Shown: piece by piece, positions 41,901 through 55,580 of the stretch
Layout: every line of letters begins with the position of its first letter
Numbering within the stretch: position 1 is the first letter of the stretch
Origin: Cetorhinus maximus
Taxonomy: Eukaryota
DNA: 64,000 nt
Direction of reading: 5' to 3'
NCBI RefSeq assembly: GCF_964194155.1
Contig: NC_135890.1
Span: 53,072,001-53,136,000, forward strand
The notes under the pieces: model-generated
What the model saw: the letters and a program-made list of their open reading frames with translations, nothing else
The model's database searches: none
Told to the model about the DNA's origin: nothing
Position numbers and translations under genes: made by a program

Positions 41901-44900
41901 TACAATATTGAATGAGGGTTGTATTGCTGGAACTAGTGTCTTTCAGATGATTGTTAAAGCAGACCATATCTTCCTGTTGTGCCAGATATAAATATTTGTG
42001 ACCATATTAATGGGGGCAGGGTGGTGGGGTGGGAGGAATGCTACAAGATCTCCAGGTATCTGGCCAATACTCCAGTTTCAACAAAAGCACCCAGAACAGA
42101 TAATTGGTCATTCATCTTACCTTACTGTTTCTGTTACTTGCTGTGGACAATTGACTGTTGCATTTGTCAACAGAATGACAGTGCCTAACACATTTTGGAT
42201 GTAATTCATTGGTTGAGATGCTTTAGAATGTGCTGAAGGCATAAACTGTTGCATAGTTGCAACTTCTTCCCTGTACTGTAATGTTTTCATCTCCCTTTAT
42301 GATATTCAGTATTCTGCATTTTATAAATTTTCATTCATCCCTCCCTGCTCCACCAATGCACAGTAGCAGCAGTGTGTACCATCTACAAGATGCACTGCAG
42401 CAATTCACCAAGGCTCCTTTGACAGCACTTTACACACCTGTGACCACCAAGAAGAATGAGGGCAGCAGATGCATGGGAACACCACCACCTACAAGTTCCA
42501 CTGCAAGTCACACGCCATCCTGAACTGGAACTACATCGCCATTCCTTCACTGTCGCTGGGTCAAAATCTTGGAACTCCCTCCCTAACAGAAATCTGGGTG
42601 TGCCTACACCACATGGACTGCAGCAGTTCAAGAAGGCGGCTCACCGCCATCTTAAGGGCAATTAGGGATGGGCAATAAGCCAGCGACGTCCACACCCTGT
42701 GAATGAATAAATTAAAGAAAAGTTTGTTTAGATGAGCAGCGAGGGAAAATGAATTTAATAATCTCCATGTGGAAATTTAGTACCGGACTCTGTTATGCTA
42801 GTCATGCACTGAAATAGGTTGAAGTGCTGTGAGCAAAAGTAGAAGTCAGTCATTCCAAAGAACATTTTTTTAAATTAGTGATCTTTCCAATCAGCGTAGC
42901 TTATCAATAACACATTGACCCTATTGGAGTTTCTGTTATCTATGCAGGTAAAGAGTGTCTGAGTCTCAAGTTCAATTTATTTTAAAATGATTGTGTTCTA
43001 CCGTTAGGTGTTAAGCAACATTATCTTCCCTACACCTTGTGGCAGAAAGTCCTCCTAAGATAGTTTCTGGGAGTCCACATTTAAAACCTCAAACTCCCAA
43101 CTTGCAGCTCCTTTCCATTCAAATCATCAGCTGCTATGCATTCTGTTCATTTTGTATTTTGTTTAAACAAACCTGCAAGAAAATGTTTACATAACCAAGC
43201 CATCTAACGCTTTGAATAATGAATTTGCTGGTACTGTGCTACTTGTTAATAATTGTTCCGTTAAATATCTTTAAAGCTGACGATATCATAAAGGAGGCTG
43301 AGCATGAAGTACGTACCTTGTTACATTTTCATAATGGTGTTGTTTGCATAACCTGGAGGGAAGACTGCTGCCTACAGCAGTATAGTTTAGCATTTTTTTT
43401 AAACTGAGATATGTTGTGAACTTATTTTAAAAACTGCAAGGCAAGCTAATAAGAGGCACATGGGGCACTGACCAAGATCCTGTGCCACTGGTCGGAACTC
43501 GCAAAAAAGGCAGCTTATTGGAAAATCACTAGTGTGATGTCTATAATCTGCCATCCATTGAGAATGGGTGGAAAATGACCATCAGTACACTCTCAATTTT
43601 CTGATAAGTCATTTGCTGCATATGACTCCTCAAAGATGGTGTGGCTCTTGGGAAATTTAGTTGCTGTTATGTTGAAGGATAGATTTATAAGGTAGAAATA
43701 CCATGACCCTGATGTTCCTTGGGTTGAATGACATGCTTCATTGACTCTTCTATTGGGATAGATTTCTGAAATTGTTTTTATTTTAAAGATTCTAACAAAA
43801 ACAGACCCAATTGTCTGAATTGATCTCAAAGTCTGTGCTGTTTATATCTGATATAAAATTGCTTTTTCCACTGATCAGATTTGGCCCAATTTGTACTATG
43901 ATCGCAGCATTGAAATATTTCAGTTTTTGGATTGTGTGCGCTGCAAGCACAGAGGAGATGGTAACAAGATTAAATATCATTAACATTCTTTTCCAGTGTT
44001 GATCCATTGGATGACACAGGCATTAGTACCACACCAATTAGTATCAATAAGCAGTTCATTATTTGGAACCTATTCATTTGCAACTGATGGACTGAGATGC
44101 TTTAACTTATTTGCTATTTCCTTTACTGAAGTATCCCTGTGCTATGCGCCTTCCTTGATCAGGAAAATAGGCTGTAAACCTGCTTAGACTGCTATTGTAT
44201 TACAAGCTGCTAGAGATTGCACTGTACCCCTCTCTCTTCCCCACTTTAGGTTAGGGTAGAAAGCTTACTATGCAGAAAATGATGGAAAAATATGTGTCAT
44301 GTTTCCCTGGTCAAACTAATTACAGTCCCAATTTGTATCCCCATGCACTCATTATCTTCCATGCTGTTGCATTGGATTACAGATATCTGTTGTGCATTTA
44401 CATTTGTGTTCAAAATATGGAGATCAGCTATTTAAAAGCAGTCATGGAATATATGCTGTGATTAATCAACAAAAGGATTGGACTAGCTTCTGCTTTTGGA
44501 AGATTAAGCACGATATGGGAGGTTAAAAATAGAGATGACGAGTTTATGATGTGAAAGATACTAACCACAGAGATGAGCTGGTTGATAGGAATACTAGAGT
44601 TATCTAAGACATTAAGAATCAAGAATAATAGAAGAACATGGAATAAAAGAAAATTCTGGAAACACTCAGGTTAGACAACATTTATGGAGAGAGGGACAGA
44701 GTTAATGTTTCAGATCAGTGACCTTTTGTCAACTGGAAAAGGTTAGAGATGTGATTTTATAACTTTCCAGATTAACACCAAGCTCAGCAATTTCAGGTCA
44801 TAACCAAAGCTTCTCATTATTTTGAGAGCAGATCCTGGTAATAGTTCTGTTGCTATATGCAGCTCCTCTTGAGCCATCTTATGTTTCTTTACTTATGTAT

Positions 44901-45790
44901 GATTACCACCCCGTTATCTAGCAGTGTTATCACTTCTGCCCTCTACCCTAACACAGGTTTAATCCTTCCTCTTTCTCTTTTCCCTTTCCTACCTCTGCAC
45001 TGGTTTAAAAACTGGTAGCTCTCTACTATTTTCCAATTCTTTTCCAGGGATACAGATTAATGAGCCAACCAGGCTAGATCAACTCCAGCAATAATGCAGT
45101 TAGTCCATTTGGCATCGTGATTGTTGTTGAGATGACTGGCAATTTAATAGTGGCAATTACAGTATCATGAGCTGCTCCCTGCTATAGTGTTAGCTGGTTT
45201 TTGAGGACAGGTTGCATGGGATGGTGTATAGCATTGAGAAACCTCACTGTGGAAAGGAGAAATTAGCTCCTTAAGAGCTTACCCTGATCAGAAGCTTTCT
45301 AATTTGTTTTGAAATTATTTTGGTGTAGAAAGAAGGCACTTGTAATTGTGTTACTTGTTGCAAATATGGAGGACTGCCAAAGTTATGACCATCACAAGCA
45401 CAGTTAAACTTCCATTTCAATATAATCCAATATATTAAATATGCAGTCAAGTTAAATCAGTCATGTCTTCAAAAATTATAATTTTCTTAATATAAATGAT
45501 TCATCTGATAATGAGGCTCAAGGATTTGTTTTGGTTTTAACCTTGTTCTTTAGATCAGTGCATGGACTGTGAACTTCCATTTGGGAGGTGGGGTAATTGC
45601 ACTGATTTGTTAATAGGCAGTGAAGCAATGAGAGTTTTGGACATGCATCCTAATTGTCACTGATGTAACACAACTGTATCAAAGTCTTTGAACATTAAAC
45701 CAAATGGTTATCACACACTTTGGTTAATTACGATTTCCTTTATTTTTGCAGTTTGTAGATAAAGTTGGCGAAAGCAACAGCATGGTATAA
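32646..45790 (+). CDS. GOLT1B: Vesicle transport protein GOT1B, complete. Exons 32646-32670, 34256-34347, 36395-36573, 36962-37043, 45752-45790 (417 nt, 138 aa)
   Basis: [138 protein letters not shown]. All introns GT-AG. Head-to-head with RECQL as in human. Confidence 0.97.
33030..33500. mobile_element. Two oppositely oriented fragments of the LINE family at 15.7-18.8 kb
   Basis: agaagcttgacagcatccaggacaaagcag (+) and cccaggatgttga...ggattc (-) match 18230-18540. Confidence 0.65.
33540..33945 (+). mobile_element. tRNA-headed Deu-domain SINE
   Basis: Same head, core and tail as the other copies. Confidence 0.6.
35240..36225 (-). mobile_element. CR1 LINE RT/3' fragment
   Basis: [29 protein letters not shown] on the - strand. 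Confidence 0.88.
38160..39060 (+). mobile_element. Old CR1 LINE RT fragment
   Basis: NDLDSE..KFADDTK; downstream CR1-like C-terminal sequence heavily decayed. Confidence 0.7.
41440..41655. mobile_element. Older, degenerate inverted pair of Penelope-like terminal repeats
   Basis: aaatctgcaaatgctg...aatgtttcagg on the left; ctgtcttttctct...cccagca..tctgtgtttt on the right. Confidence 0.5.
41795..42265 (+). mobile_element. tRNA-headed Deu-domain SINE, degenerate
   Basis: Head ttcagaggttgtgggtttaagaccc; gtctttcagatga block. Confidence 0.55.
42330..42715 (+). mobile_element. 3' fragment of the LINE family at 15.7-18.8 kb
   Basis: Close match to 18440-18810 (cacagtagcagcagtgtgtaccatctacaagat...gtgaatgaataa). 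Confidence 0.85.
44640..45040. mobile_element. Penelope-like repeat remnant (- strand terminal repeat plus + strand flank)
   Basis: Reverse complement reads cagtt-gacaa-aaggtcactgatct-gaaac-attaactct. Confidence 0.5.
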
Positions 45791-46700
45791 CAGAGACTGG
45801 ATGGACAACTACTACAGAAGTATACTGTATCATATATTTATAAGGTTTACCTAAGGCAAAACATTTCTAAATTTATATTTAACTGAGTTACCTGTGTAGG
45901 AAAAAATAAAACTTGATAACATTCTTTGTATCAAAATATTTTGTCATAGAGGGGGAAAGGTGGTCATAGCATTGAATTCCACTCTTTTTGACACTTCCTC
46001 CCCTCCCCCATGTTCTAAATGTCTCTGTGTGGGATGCTTTACACCACATCCTCCAGCAGGAAGGGCAAGATGGGTTGGGCTGTGGACTGCAGCACTACCA
46101 CCATCAATGCTGCTCAATGATCAGCAGGAAGGAAGTGGACCTTAAACTAGGTGAGTTGGACCAAGCAAGACCAACTGACGAGGAACATGTTGCTTTTTAA
46201 TGTTGAACCACGTTCAACTAAGACAAGTGAGTTTGAAAAACTAGAAGGGCTCTGACTCACCTCACCACTTTTTGGTTTGCAGGTCAAGTAATGAAACACT
46301 TGAATGAAATAGGTCATGTCCCATTTTTCACTTTAAAAAATATATATATGGCTGTTCTTATCTTTTAGATAAAAATAACTAGCTTACAAAACCATGCTTG
46401 TCTTGCCCCAATTTTGTGTGTGTCCCCCTACTGTTATTTTTGATCACGTCATTGTCTCTTTGTGTTATACCTGCATTTTCTTATGTGAAAGACCAGGTTA
46501 ATGATGAGTTTTTATCTTTTGTGACTGCCTCATTTGGCAGGAATTTTGTGCAAACAGACATCTTGGACTTATTATGTACCTTTAGAAGATGGTGATTATA
46601 GGTGTTAAGATTTTTTTTTAAGAAAGGTTATCTTTTCAAACATGCAAGTTCTTCTTGATGTTAAACTATTGTAAATAAATGTTTGAAGCAAATTATTATC
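45791..46700 (+). promoter_or_regulatory. GOLT1B: GOLT1B 3'UTR with candidate poly(A) signals AATAAA at 45905 and 46674
   Basis: AT-rich, repeat-poor sequence after TAA with two AATAAA hexamers; true cleavage sites unknown. Confidence 0.55.
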
Positions 46701-48549
46701 ACTGATTTTTTTAAACAAAATGTTCCCTTAATATGACGACAGTTGTGTACTGTGTGTTTTGCTTATACGTGCAGATTTTTGTAAGCCCTGTATCTGCCTT
46801 TGGGAGAAAATATTTTTTTTAAATGCAAGAGTAGCAAAAATAACTTGGACTTCCAATGACATGGGTATTGTTCTTGATCAAAAAGAAATTCTACATTGGA
46901 AATCCACCTTCCTGATCTCTGAGAAATAGAGATTGATAACAACAGAACTGGTATATCAGATCATTTGTTTGCAATATTGAAAAGACTAATGTTAAAAATT
47001 ATATTGGTTCATTGTCCTTAAGGACACTTGACTTTGCAACTATGGAAACCAAATACCTTCTAAAATGAGATGATATAAAAACACCGGAACTGCTGGTGTA
47101 ATTTTCATAATCTTAAGTAGTACTTTATTGGGATAGATGCTTTCATAAGTAACTGTGTCTAAAGTGCTAGGTCAGCTGGAGTCATAAACTACTGGGGGAA
47201 AGTCAGCCAAGAATATAATCCAAGAATGGGGGTGAATTTTAGGAAAAAAAATCAATTTTTTGTTTTAATTTTATAGGAATAGAATTCAAGTCGATTGTGT
47301 ACACACCAAACCAATACAGCAAATTCTAGTATTTGTTCCAGCACAAAGTAGGTTGAATTTATTTGCAGTGCATATGGCAACTGCTAACCATATCAGAATT
47401 GCATTTTTTTGTATGCTGCTGCTGACCTTGAGAGCAGATGTCAATGCATTGTGCATTTTTTTTGTAGATATGTGCCCAAAACTTGACATTTTTATCTTTC
47501 TAGACTGCAGAAAGAAAATATTAATTATGGTTATCCATATTTTCCTATTGTGCGGAAAAGAAAAGTTTGCATGTATTTAATATACCAATCCTTCCAAGCA
47601 TACACACCTTATTGAACAAACTTTTAAAATTGGTATATTGGTTTTTAATAGATTGTGGATAGGAAGTCAGGAAATCATTATGTGAATCCCTTTTTCCTCT
47701 TTTCTGTCTCCATTTTATGAAAATGCAGGTCTTTCTGCTATGCAGTTTGTCTTTAAAGATATCTCTAATTTGGGAAACAGAATTTGTCCTAACTTGATAT
47801 GCACCATAGTAAAGAAATTAAGAAACCTCATGTCAACAGGCTTACGGAAGCACACAAGTCACTAGCTCAATTTGTCGCCCAAATTTACAGGTTTAAAACA
47901 GATTTGAGAATCCATCATTCTGGGCTCAGCAACCCTCGGGGCAGGTGGGTACTTGTGTAAATGACACTGTTAAGGAACTGTACATATCTTACCTTGAATA
48001 GATTGATTCTGTTAACTGTTCTAGTGAGGTAGCTAAAATAAACCAAATGTTGGCAATGCAGTGGATCTGCAACTGCAATAGGTTAGTACTGGTGTTCTGG
48101 ATCAAAATATTTAATTATGATGGGGTGTTCTGAAAATATTTGAATCGCAATTTTTGTCGTGTGGCTAGTCTAGAGTTTGTCTTCTGTAGCTGGGAATGAT
48201 CACCAAAGTTATGCTGTAGATATACTACAGCTTGACTAATAACTGAGCACACATGAGAAAAATAAATGATTCAATGACCCTTAAACTGATCTCTGAAATA
48301 GTGAAGTCGTATTCCCCAACCTCATCTGCCAACTTTTATGTTTGAAGTTCCATTACCCTAACAACTAGTGAGGTCTGATTTTAAAGTTAACCATGATTAT
48401 TCAAAAATAAGCTATACATTTTTCCATTTGATGTATAGTAAGATTCTATAGAAGCCTATTGTATTTTTCTGCAACAGCTTGGATAGTACAAGTCCTAGGC
48501 CTGTCATCTCGTGATCTGCTTGTATTGCAAAACAATAACCCCCCCGTCA

Positions 48550-49330
48550 TGGGGCCTTCATGAGTAGGAAATTGTGAGGAGTATTAGCAGAATCAGCCAC
48601 AGTCATAAAGCAAGAGAGGATTTTTAGGACAATTTTGAAACTGGGGAAACAAACTAGAGTAGTTTAGTAAAGAAAATTTCAAGCGTAGAGAGATGTTTGG
48701 AGAGTGGCAGGTGCACAGGTTGAGAAAATGGAGGATGCAAACTGGCTGTAACAGGTAGAATGGGAGAGATTTTTAAATGTGGACAAGGACGGGGCTGGAC
48801 TGGATACAGGATAGGATGTGTAGTAGGGAGGCTGTAGAGAACTTGAGCCTGGGAATGATAAAACTTTCAGTGGAGGTGAAGTCAGGACCAAGGCACATGA
48901 AGTTGTAGAGGTGGGAATCTGAGTTTCAAACAATGTTGAATTTGTGCACCATTGAGCCCTACTTCAGAGTACACCCTCAACTGGGAGCTATAGTTCAGTT
49001 TGACTAGACTGGAATATGGATGCTTTTATCTTGCCATTTTGATCTGAAGATAGTTCTCATCTATTACAGCTTGAGTTCGGACAAGGAAGCAGTGTTACAG
49101 CTTAAGGTGATGAAGGGAGAAAGTTGGGCCTCATTAACCTTCAGCTACCTGAACCTTAGGCTCTGGAATTCTGCCACTAAGTATCTCTCCCTCTTTAGCT
49201 CCTCCCTAAAAATAATCTACCTCTTGACCAAATGTTTGGTAACTGGCTCAGTGCTGCATTTTGTTAACGATGTGAAGTGCCTTGGGTGCCATTTTACCAT
49301 GTTAAAGGCACTATGTTAGTGCGAGTTGTT
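48550..49330. mobile_element. Decayed L2 fragments (- strand then + strand 3' end)
   Basis: ccttcagctacctgaaccttaggctctggaattc...gttaaaggcactat tail. Confidence 0.5.
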
Positions 49331-50394
49331 ACATGCACACATGCCAACCTGGCAAATTAGCAAAAGCTGATAGGCCAAAGAAGCCCCAGATGAAGGAAGA
49401 ATGACCTGTGAAGATGAGTTAGACCAAAAGTGCAGAGGGATATGGGCTGGTCATAATTTAAGATACAATAATCCCAATATATCATTCCTTGACTTCTGGA
49501 GGAGTAAAGAAAATACTCAAATAGCTTACAGCAGTGTTGGATCTAGAACTTACTGAACACAAGAGCACTGAAGGTATTTTCTCTGACCTGGAGCCAATCC
49601 TAGAAAATTTTGATTGTCATTTTCTGATCCATTTGGAGCCAACTGTAAATTGGCCCCTCAAGCCAAAGATGATTTCTCTTGGAAGGGTTAGCAATGTTTG
49701 AAGTGTGGAAATAAAAATAGGTTTGGTGACTTCAGTTACATTTTACACTGTCCAGTAAATCTGAGCCCAACTGCATCAATTGACTTTGTGAACCAAAATC
49801 TTTGCAGAATAGTCCTACAGCATAAAACAAAATTTTGCATTGAGTCCCTTTCCTGACTCATTTGCAGCCTAGAGACAGGTGTGGGACGATCTGTATTGAA
49901 GGTATGCTGATTTAAATAAATTTTGCTTTTAAATAGATTCAGGAGGGATAGAGGAGTCAATATCATTGAAATGGAACTGTATAATGGAATTTTGGCAACA
50001 CCCAAATTTTAGCATGTTTATTTCTCATGCTGAATAAATGACTCTTTCAATTATTTTCTAACACGCTAGGTTAGTAATTGCTATTGTTTATGGTATCCAA
50101 TGAATGCTTAATATGCTCCTTTGATTTTACTCTGCTATTTTAATGGGGTGTTTGCACATTTAAAATAAATGGTGAAATAATTCCATAAAATCGCAGAAGA
50201 TAAGTTAGTAAACATCAAGAATTACTGTTCTATATTTTTTGACTGCCAAACAGCCTCATGTTGGACTGGAAATAAAATTTTCAAATTATCAACATCCTAA
50301 TGTGTGAAACCATGATTTGTAAGAATAGATGGGGACTGCATTGTGTACTTGGATGGACTGTAAATATCAAATTGGAGACAATCTAATGTATTAT

Positions 50395-50690
50395 TGATAT
50401 GGTAGTTATAATGGCTATGTAACTGGTGTTTGATCCAGAAAACATAAGTTCAAATCTTGTACTGAAACATGATAGCTCATTCTAATTAACCAGTAAACTT
50501 TTGGATTGTTGTAAAAACCTAGCTGGCTTGCCAGTGTCCTATTAGGGAAGGAAACCTACCATTCTTACCAATCTGACTCCTGGCTCTAGTCCCACACTAA
50601 CATATTTGATACTTCACTGTCCTCTGAAGTGGCCAAGCAAGCCTCTCCATTGTATCAAACTCCCAGGGCAATTAAGGGTGGGCAATATGT
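50395..50690 (+). mobile_element. SINE-sized derivative joining the tRNA head to the 3' tail of the 15.7-18.8 kb LINE family
   Basis: gattgttgtaaaaacc, agggaaggaaa, ctctgaagtggcc match 15890-16040, then directly agggcaattaagggtgggcaat (3' tail as at 42655). Confidence 0.65.
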
Positions 50691-51249
50691 CACAAAAGCT
50701 AATATCTACTCTTGCATTTCCCTATAATTGTTGATAGTTTTAATTGAGACATTGTGGCTCTCTCCCTCATAATACGATGGTAACAAAGGACCATGAAAAC
50801 GAACTGCTTTCAAAGTTACATAACAGAAATAAGTCACTCTCAAGCAGACTGATTGTCCAGCTCGAACATAATATTACATGGTAATAAAGACTTCACTGTC
50901 GTCATTTTTTTAAATAAAAACTGCTACATCATTCCTTGTTTTATTTAAGAAACCTGACAATTCCACAGTAACAGTTAATGTATTCAGAGCAAATCAACCT
51001 CTTACATTTCAAAGCATCAGCAGCTGGACAAGAAGCAAATATACCTATGTATAAAACTTTGATCATTGGGTAGGCTTCAGCAAGCACCTGCAAAAAGTAT
51101 ATTTTTTCCCAAAAGCTTTTCTTTCTAATACATAACAGAACAAATATTAAGCACATCTTTAATCAATGTCACACTATCATCTCATTAGAATCATTTCCAC
51201 CTTAAATCTGTGTGTAACTGACTGGCATAAAGTAATATCATAAAGTAAG

Positions 51250-51370
51250 GAAGAAGAGCCATATTGGACTCAACGTTAACTCTTTCTCTCCACAAATGCT
51301 GCCAGATCCACAGTTTTTCCATTATTTTCTGTTTTTATTTGATTTAAAAGAGCTGCAGTATTTTACTTTA
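51250..51370 (+). mobile_element. Penelope-like terminal repeat, truncated core
   Basis: gaagaagagcc..ggactc-aacgttaactct followed by the shared tail. Confidence 0.6.
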
Positions 51371-51574
51371 ATATTATCGCATTGTTTCTTATTAACCTTG
51401 AGTCCATCATTCAATCAACTAATCTAAATAATCCAGGCAGCCTCCAATCCTTTTAAGTGGTGGAAGCATTTTCTTGTCAAATGCTGATCGTCTGTGCTGA
51501 GGGACGGCATCTAGATATGGAGTAAAGACAGTTGACAATGAGACACGGAGGAGTTGACTAGTTCAGACTCAGAT

Positions 51575-54500
51575 GCTTACAGCACAGAAGGAGGCCATTT
51601 GGCCCATCATGTCCATGCCAGTCAACAAAGATCTGTACACTAATCCCATTTCCCTGCGCTTGGCCCATAGCCCTGGAGGCTAAGGCAATACAAGTGAATA
51701 TCTAAATACTACTTAAATGCTTACGAGCATTTCTGACTCGAACACCCTTTCAGGCAGAGTGTTCCAGACTCCCACCACCCTGTGGGTGAAAAAATTTCTC
51801 CTCAACTCCCCCTCTTAGCCTTCTACCTCTTACCTTAAATCTATGTCCCCTGGTTAATGACCCCTCTATTAATGGAAAAAGTGCCTTCCTATCCACCCTA
51901 TCTATGCCCCTCATAATCTTATGCACCCCCACCAGGTCCCCTCTCAACCTCCACTGCTCCAAGGAAAACAACCCCAGCCTATCCAATCTTTCCACAGAGC
52001 TCAGACCCTCCAGCCCAGGCAGTATCCTGGTAAATCATCTCAGCACCCTCTCCAGTGCAATAACATCTTTCCTATAATGTGGCCAGAACTGCACAGGGCA
52101 CTCCAGTTGTGGCCTAACCAGTGTTTTATACAGTTCCAGCAAAACCTCCCTGCTCTTGTATTCTATGCTTAGGCTCATAAAGGCATGTATCCCATATGCC
52201 TTTTAACCACCTTACCTACCTGCCCTGCTACCTTCAGGGATCTATGGATATGCACACCAAGGTCCCTGTGGTCTTCAGTACTTTCCAGGGTGCTACCATT
52301 CATAGTGTAGTCCCTTGCCTTACTAGCCCTTCCCAAGTGCATTACCTTACACTTTTCCAGGTTGAATTCCATTTGCCACTGCTCTGCCCACCTGACCAAT
52401 CCATTGATAGCCTCCTGCAGTTTACGGCTATCCTCACTATTTACCACCCTACCAATTTTTGTGTCATCCCCAAACTTCTTGATCATACCCCCTACATTTA
52501 AGTTCAAATCATTTATGTACATGACAAATAGCAAGGGCCTCTGTGGAACCCCACTGAAAACAGACTTCCGTCACAGAAACATCCCTCCATCATCACCCTC
52601 TGCTTCCTGCCTCTCAGCCAATTTTGGATTCAACGTGCCACTTTGCCTTGAGTCCTGTGGGCTCTTACTTTCTTGACCAGTTTGCCATGAGGGACCTTCT
52701 CAAAAGCCTTGCGAAAATCCATGTAGACCACATCAAATGCATTACCCTCATCAACAATCCTCATTATCTCCTCAAAAACTTTGATCAAATTTGTCAAACA
52801 TGACCCCTTAACAAATCCATGCTGACTATCGCTGGTTAATCTGTGTCTCTCGAAGTGCAGATATATTAATCCATTTCTATCCAAGTGCAGATATATTCTG
52901 TCCCTCAGAATTATTTCTAGTAACTCCCCCACCACTGAGGTTAGACTGACTGGCCTGTAATTTCCTGGTCTATCCCTTCCTTTTTTAATGGGACAACATT
53001 AGCAGTCCCCTGACACCTCACCTGTGGCCAGAGAGGATTTGAAAATTACTGCCAGGACCCCGAAACCTCTTCCATTGCCTCCTTTAACAGCCTGGGATAC
53101 ATCTCATCCAGGCCTGTGGGTTTATCCACTCTTACGGCCGCTAAACCTGCTGGTACCTCCTCCCTCTCTCTCTATGTTAATTTCCTCTAATATTTCACAG
53201 TCCTCCACCCTAATGTCTATACCTGCTTCGCCCTTTTCCATTGTGAAGACCGACGCAAAGTATTCATTGAGGACTGTACCCACGTCTTCCGGGTCCACAC
53301 ACACATTACCTCTATGGTCTCTAACTGGCCCTACTCTTTCCCTAGTTATTCTCTTGCTCTTTATATATTTTTTAAAAACCCTTTGGGTTTTCCTTTATTC
53401 TACCCACCAGTGCTTTCTCATGCACTCTCTTAGCTTTCCTAATTTCCTTTTTAAGATTCTCCCCTGCACTTTTTTATACTCCTCTAGGGACTCTGCCGCA
53501 TTGAGCCCTTGGTATCTGCGACAACCTTCTCTTTTCTTAATCCTAACCTTTATGTCCCTTGACATCCAGGGTTTTCTGGACTTGGTGCTCCCCTTTGTCT
53601 TTATAGGAACATATTTGAGCTGTTTCCTCCTTGAATGCCTCCCACTGCTCTGACACAGTTTTATCTGCAAGTAGCTACTCCCAGTCCACTTGGGCCAAAT
53701 CGTATCTCATCTTAGTAAAATTAGCCTTTCCCCAGTTTAGAACTTTTATTCCCAGCCTAACCTTATCTTTTTCCTTAACTATCCTGAATCTAAATGAGTT
53801 ATGGTCACTAACTTCAAAATGCTCCCTTACTGACATGCCTTCCACCTGCCCGGGCTCATTTCTGAATATTAGGTCCAGAACTGCCCCCTTCCTTGGAGGG
53901 CTTTCTAAGTAGTGGCTAAAAAAAGTTCTCCTGGACGCAGCTTAAGAATTTTGCTCCCTCCCTACCTTGCACACTATCTCAGTTAATATTTGGGTAGTTA
54001 AAATCCCCTACTATTATTGCCTTATTATTCTTACACTTCTCTGAAACTTGATTACATATTTGATCGTCTATATCTCCCTGACTGTTTGGGGGCCTAAAAT
54101 ACACACCCAACAGCGTGTTTGCCCCTTTTGTGTTTTTTACTTCTACCCATATGGCCTCATTTGATGATCCTTCCAAGACATCATCCCTCCTCACTGCTAT
54201 AATTGGTTCCTTGATCAGTATTGCGACCTCCCTACCCCCCACTCCTATTCCCCCTCTCTATCTCATCTGAATACCCTATAACTAGGAATGTTGAACTGCT
54301 AATCCTGCCCTTTTAGCCAAGTCTCAGTCATAGCTATGATATCATACTCCCACATGCCTATCTGCCCTTATCTTGTCTGCCTTACTCCTCAGGCTCCTTG
54401 CGTTAAAATATACTCCATTTAGCCTTGCTAAACTCAATTCTTTCTTATCTAGCCTATGTTTCCTCTGCCTTCCAGTCTCACTCACTAGCGTTTTAAGTTC

Positions 54501-54750
54501 TAATTCCATCTCAGCTTCTCTCCCCTCTGAACTACTTTTCACGATCCCACCCCCTGCCAATTTAGTTTAAATCTGCCCCAACAGCATTAGCAAACCTCCC
54601 CGCAAGGATGTTGGTTCCTTTCCTGTTTAGGTGTAACTCGTCAAACTTGTACAGGTCCCACCTCCTCCGGAAACAGTCCCAGTGCCCAAGTAATCTAAAG
54701 CCCTCCCTCCTGCACCATCTCCAGCCATGCATTCATCTGCTCTATCCTAC
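51575..54750 (-). mobile_element. CR1 LINE, ~3.2 kb, endonuclease plus RT, degenerate
   Basis: YFNARSL, YFRPPNS, VGDFNYP, SQHGFVKG..CLTNLI, YMDFRKAFEKVPH, YINDL..FGDDTK. Confidence 0.92.
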
Positions 54751-54929
54751 TGTTCAGGGCAGGAAGTCACTGTTGAAACAGGTACGAGTGGAGCCACGGT
54801 AAGGGGAGGATGGAGTGCTTGATCAGACTGCAGATCAAAGATTAAGATTCATATTTATAGACACATTAGTTTCCATCCCATGTAGAATAGTAAATCAATT
54901 ATCAGGAGTAAATCTGAAAATTACCTGAT

Positions 54930-55580
54930 AACAGCTTAATGAACAACAGCAAGCAATGATTCTGAAGGAGAAGACCCCATTGAGTAACATCTTTGATTTC
55001 TTTGAAGTGACATCCAAAGTGGACTGTAGTAAGCCTTAAGACCTGTTGTACCCAGACTTCCAGAAAGCATATGACAAAGTTCCACACAAAAGGTTATTGG
55101 TCAAGCTCAAAACTATTGGCTTTCAGGGCAAATCTTATGCCAGATAAGAAATTGGGAGAGCGTTCAGAAAACAATACTTGTTTAAGAAGTTATGTTAGGA
55201 TGAGGATCCCCCATGGATTGGTGTTGGGACTACAACTGTTTCTAATTTACACCAGTGACTTGGACTCAGAAGCCCATTACAAGTTGTTCAAATTTGAGAT
55301 TAAGCTAAATATGGGTCAGTTGGAGGGGAGACAGTGGAATCAAGGAGGCACCTCAAAAATTATTGAACATATTAGACAAAATACATAAGTGGGCACGATA
55401 ATGAAATTTAATGCAGAGAAATGTGAAGTATTATTGGTTGGAAAGAAAATAATGGCAATAAATGTACTCCAATGGCATTGAAATAACTAAGGATAAAGTT
55501 GAAAGTCATCCAAGAATCTTAGACTTGATGCTCAACATATCCAGCCAATGTACAGTGACAGACAACAAAACCAATAGAAT
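54930..55580 (+). mobile_element. Old CR1 RT fragment
   Basis: DFQKAYDKVPH, IPHGLVLGLQLFLIYTSDL, MKFNAEKCEV. Confidence 0.7.

Noticed and set aside
53024-53653. 209-aa + strand ORF (longest in the track)
   Set aside because: Antisense shadow frame of a degenerate CR1 ORF2.
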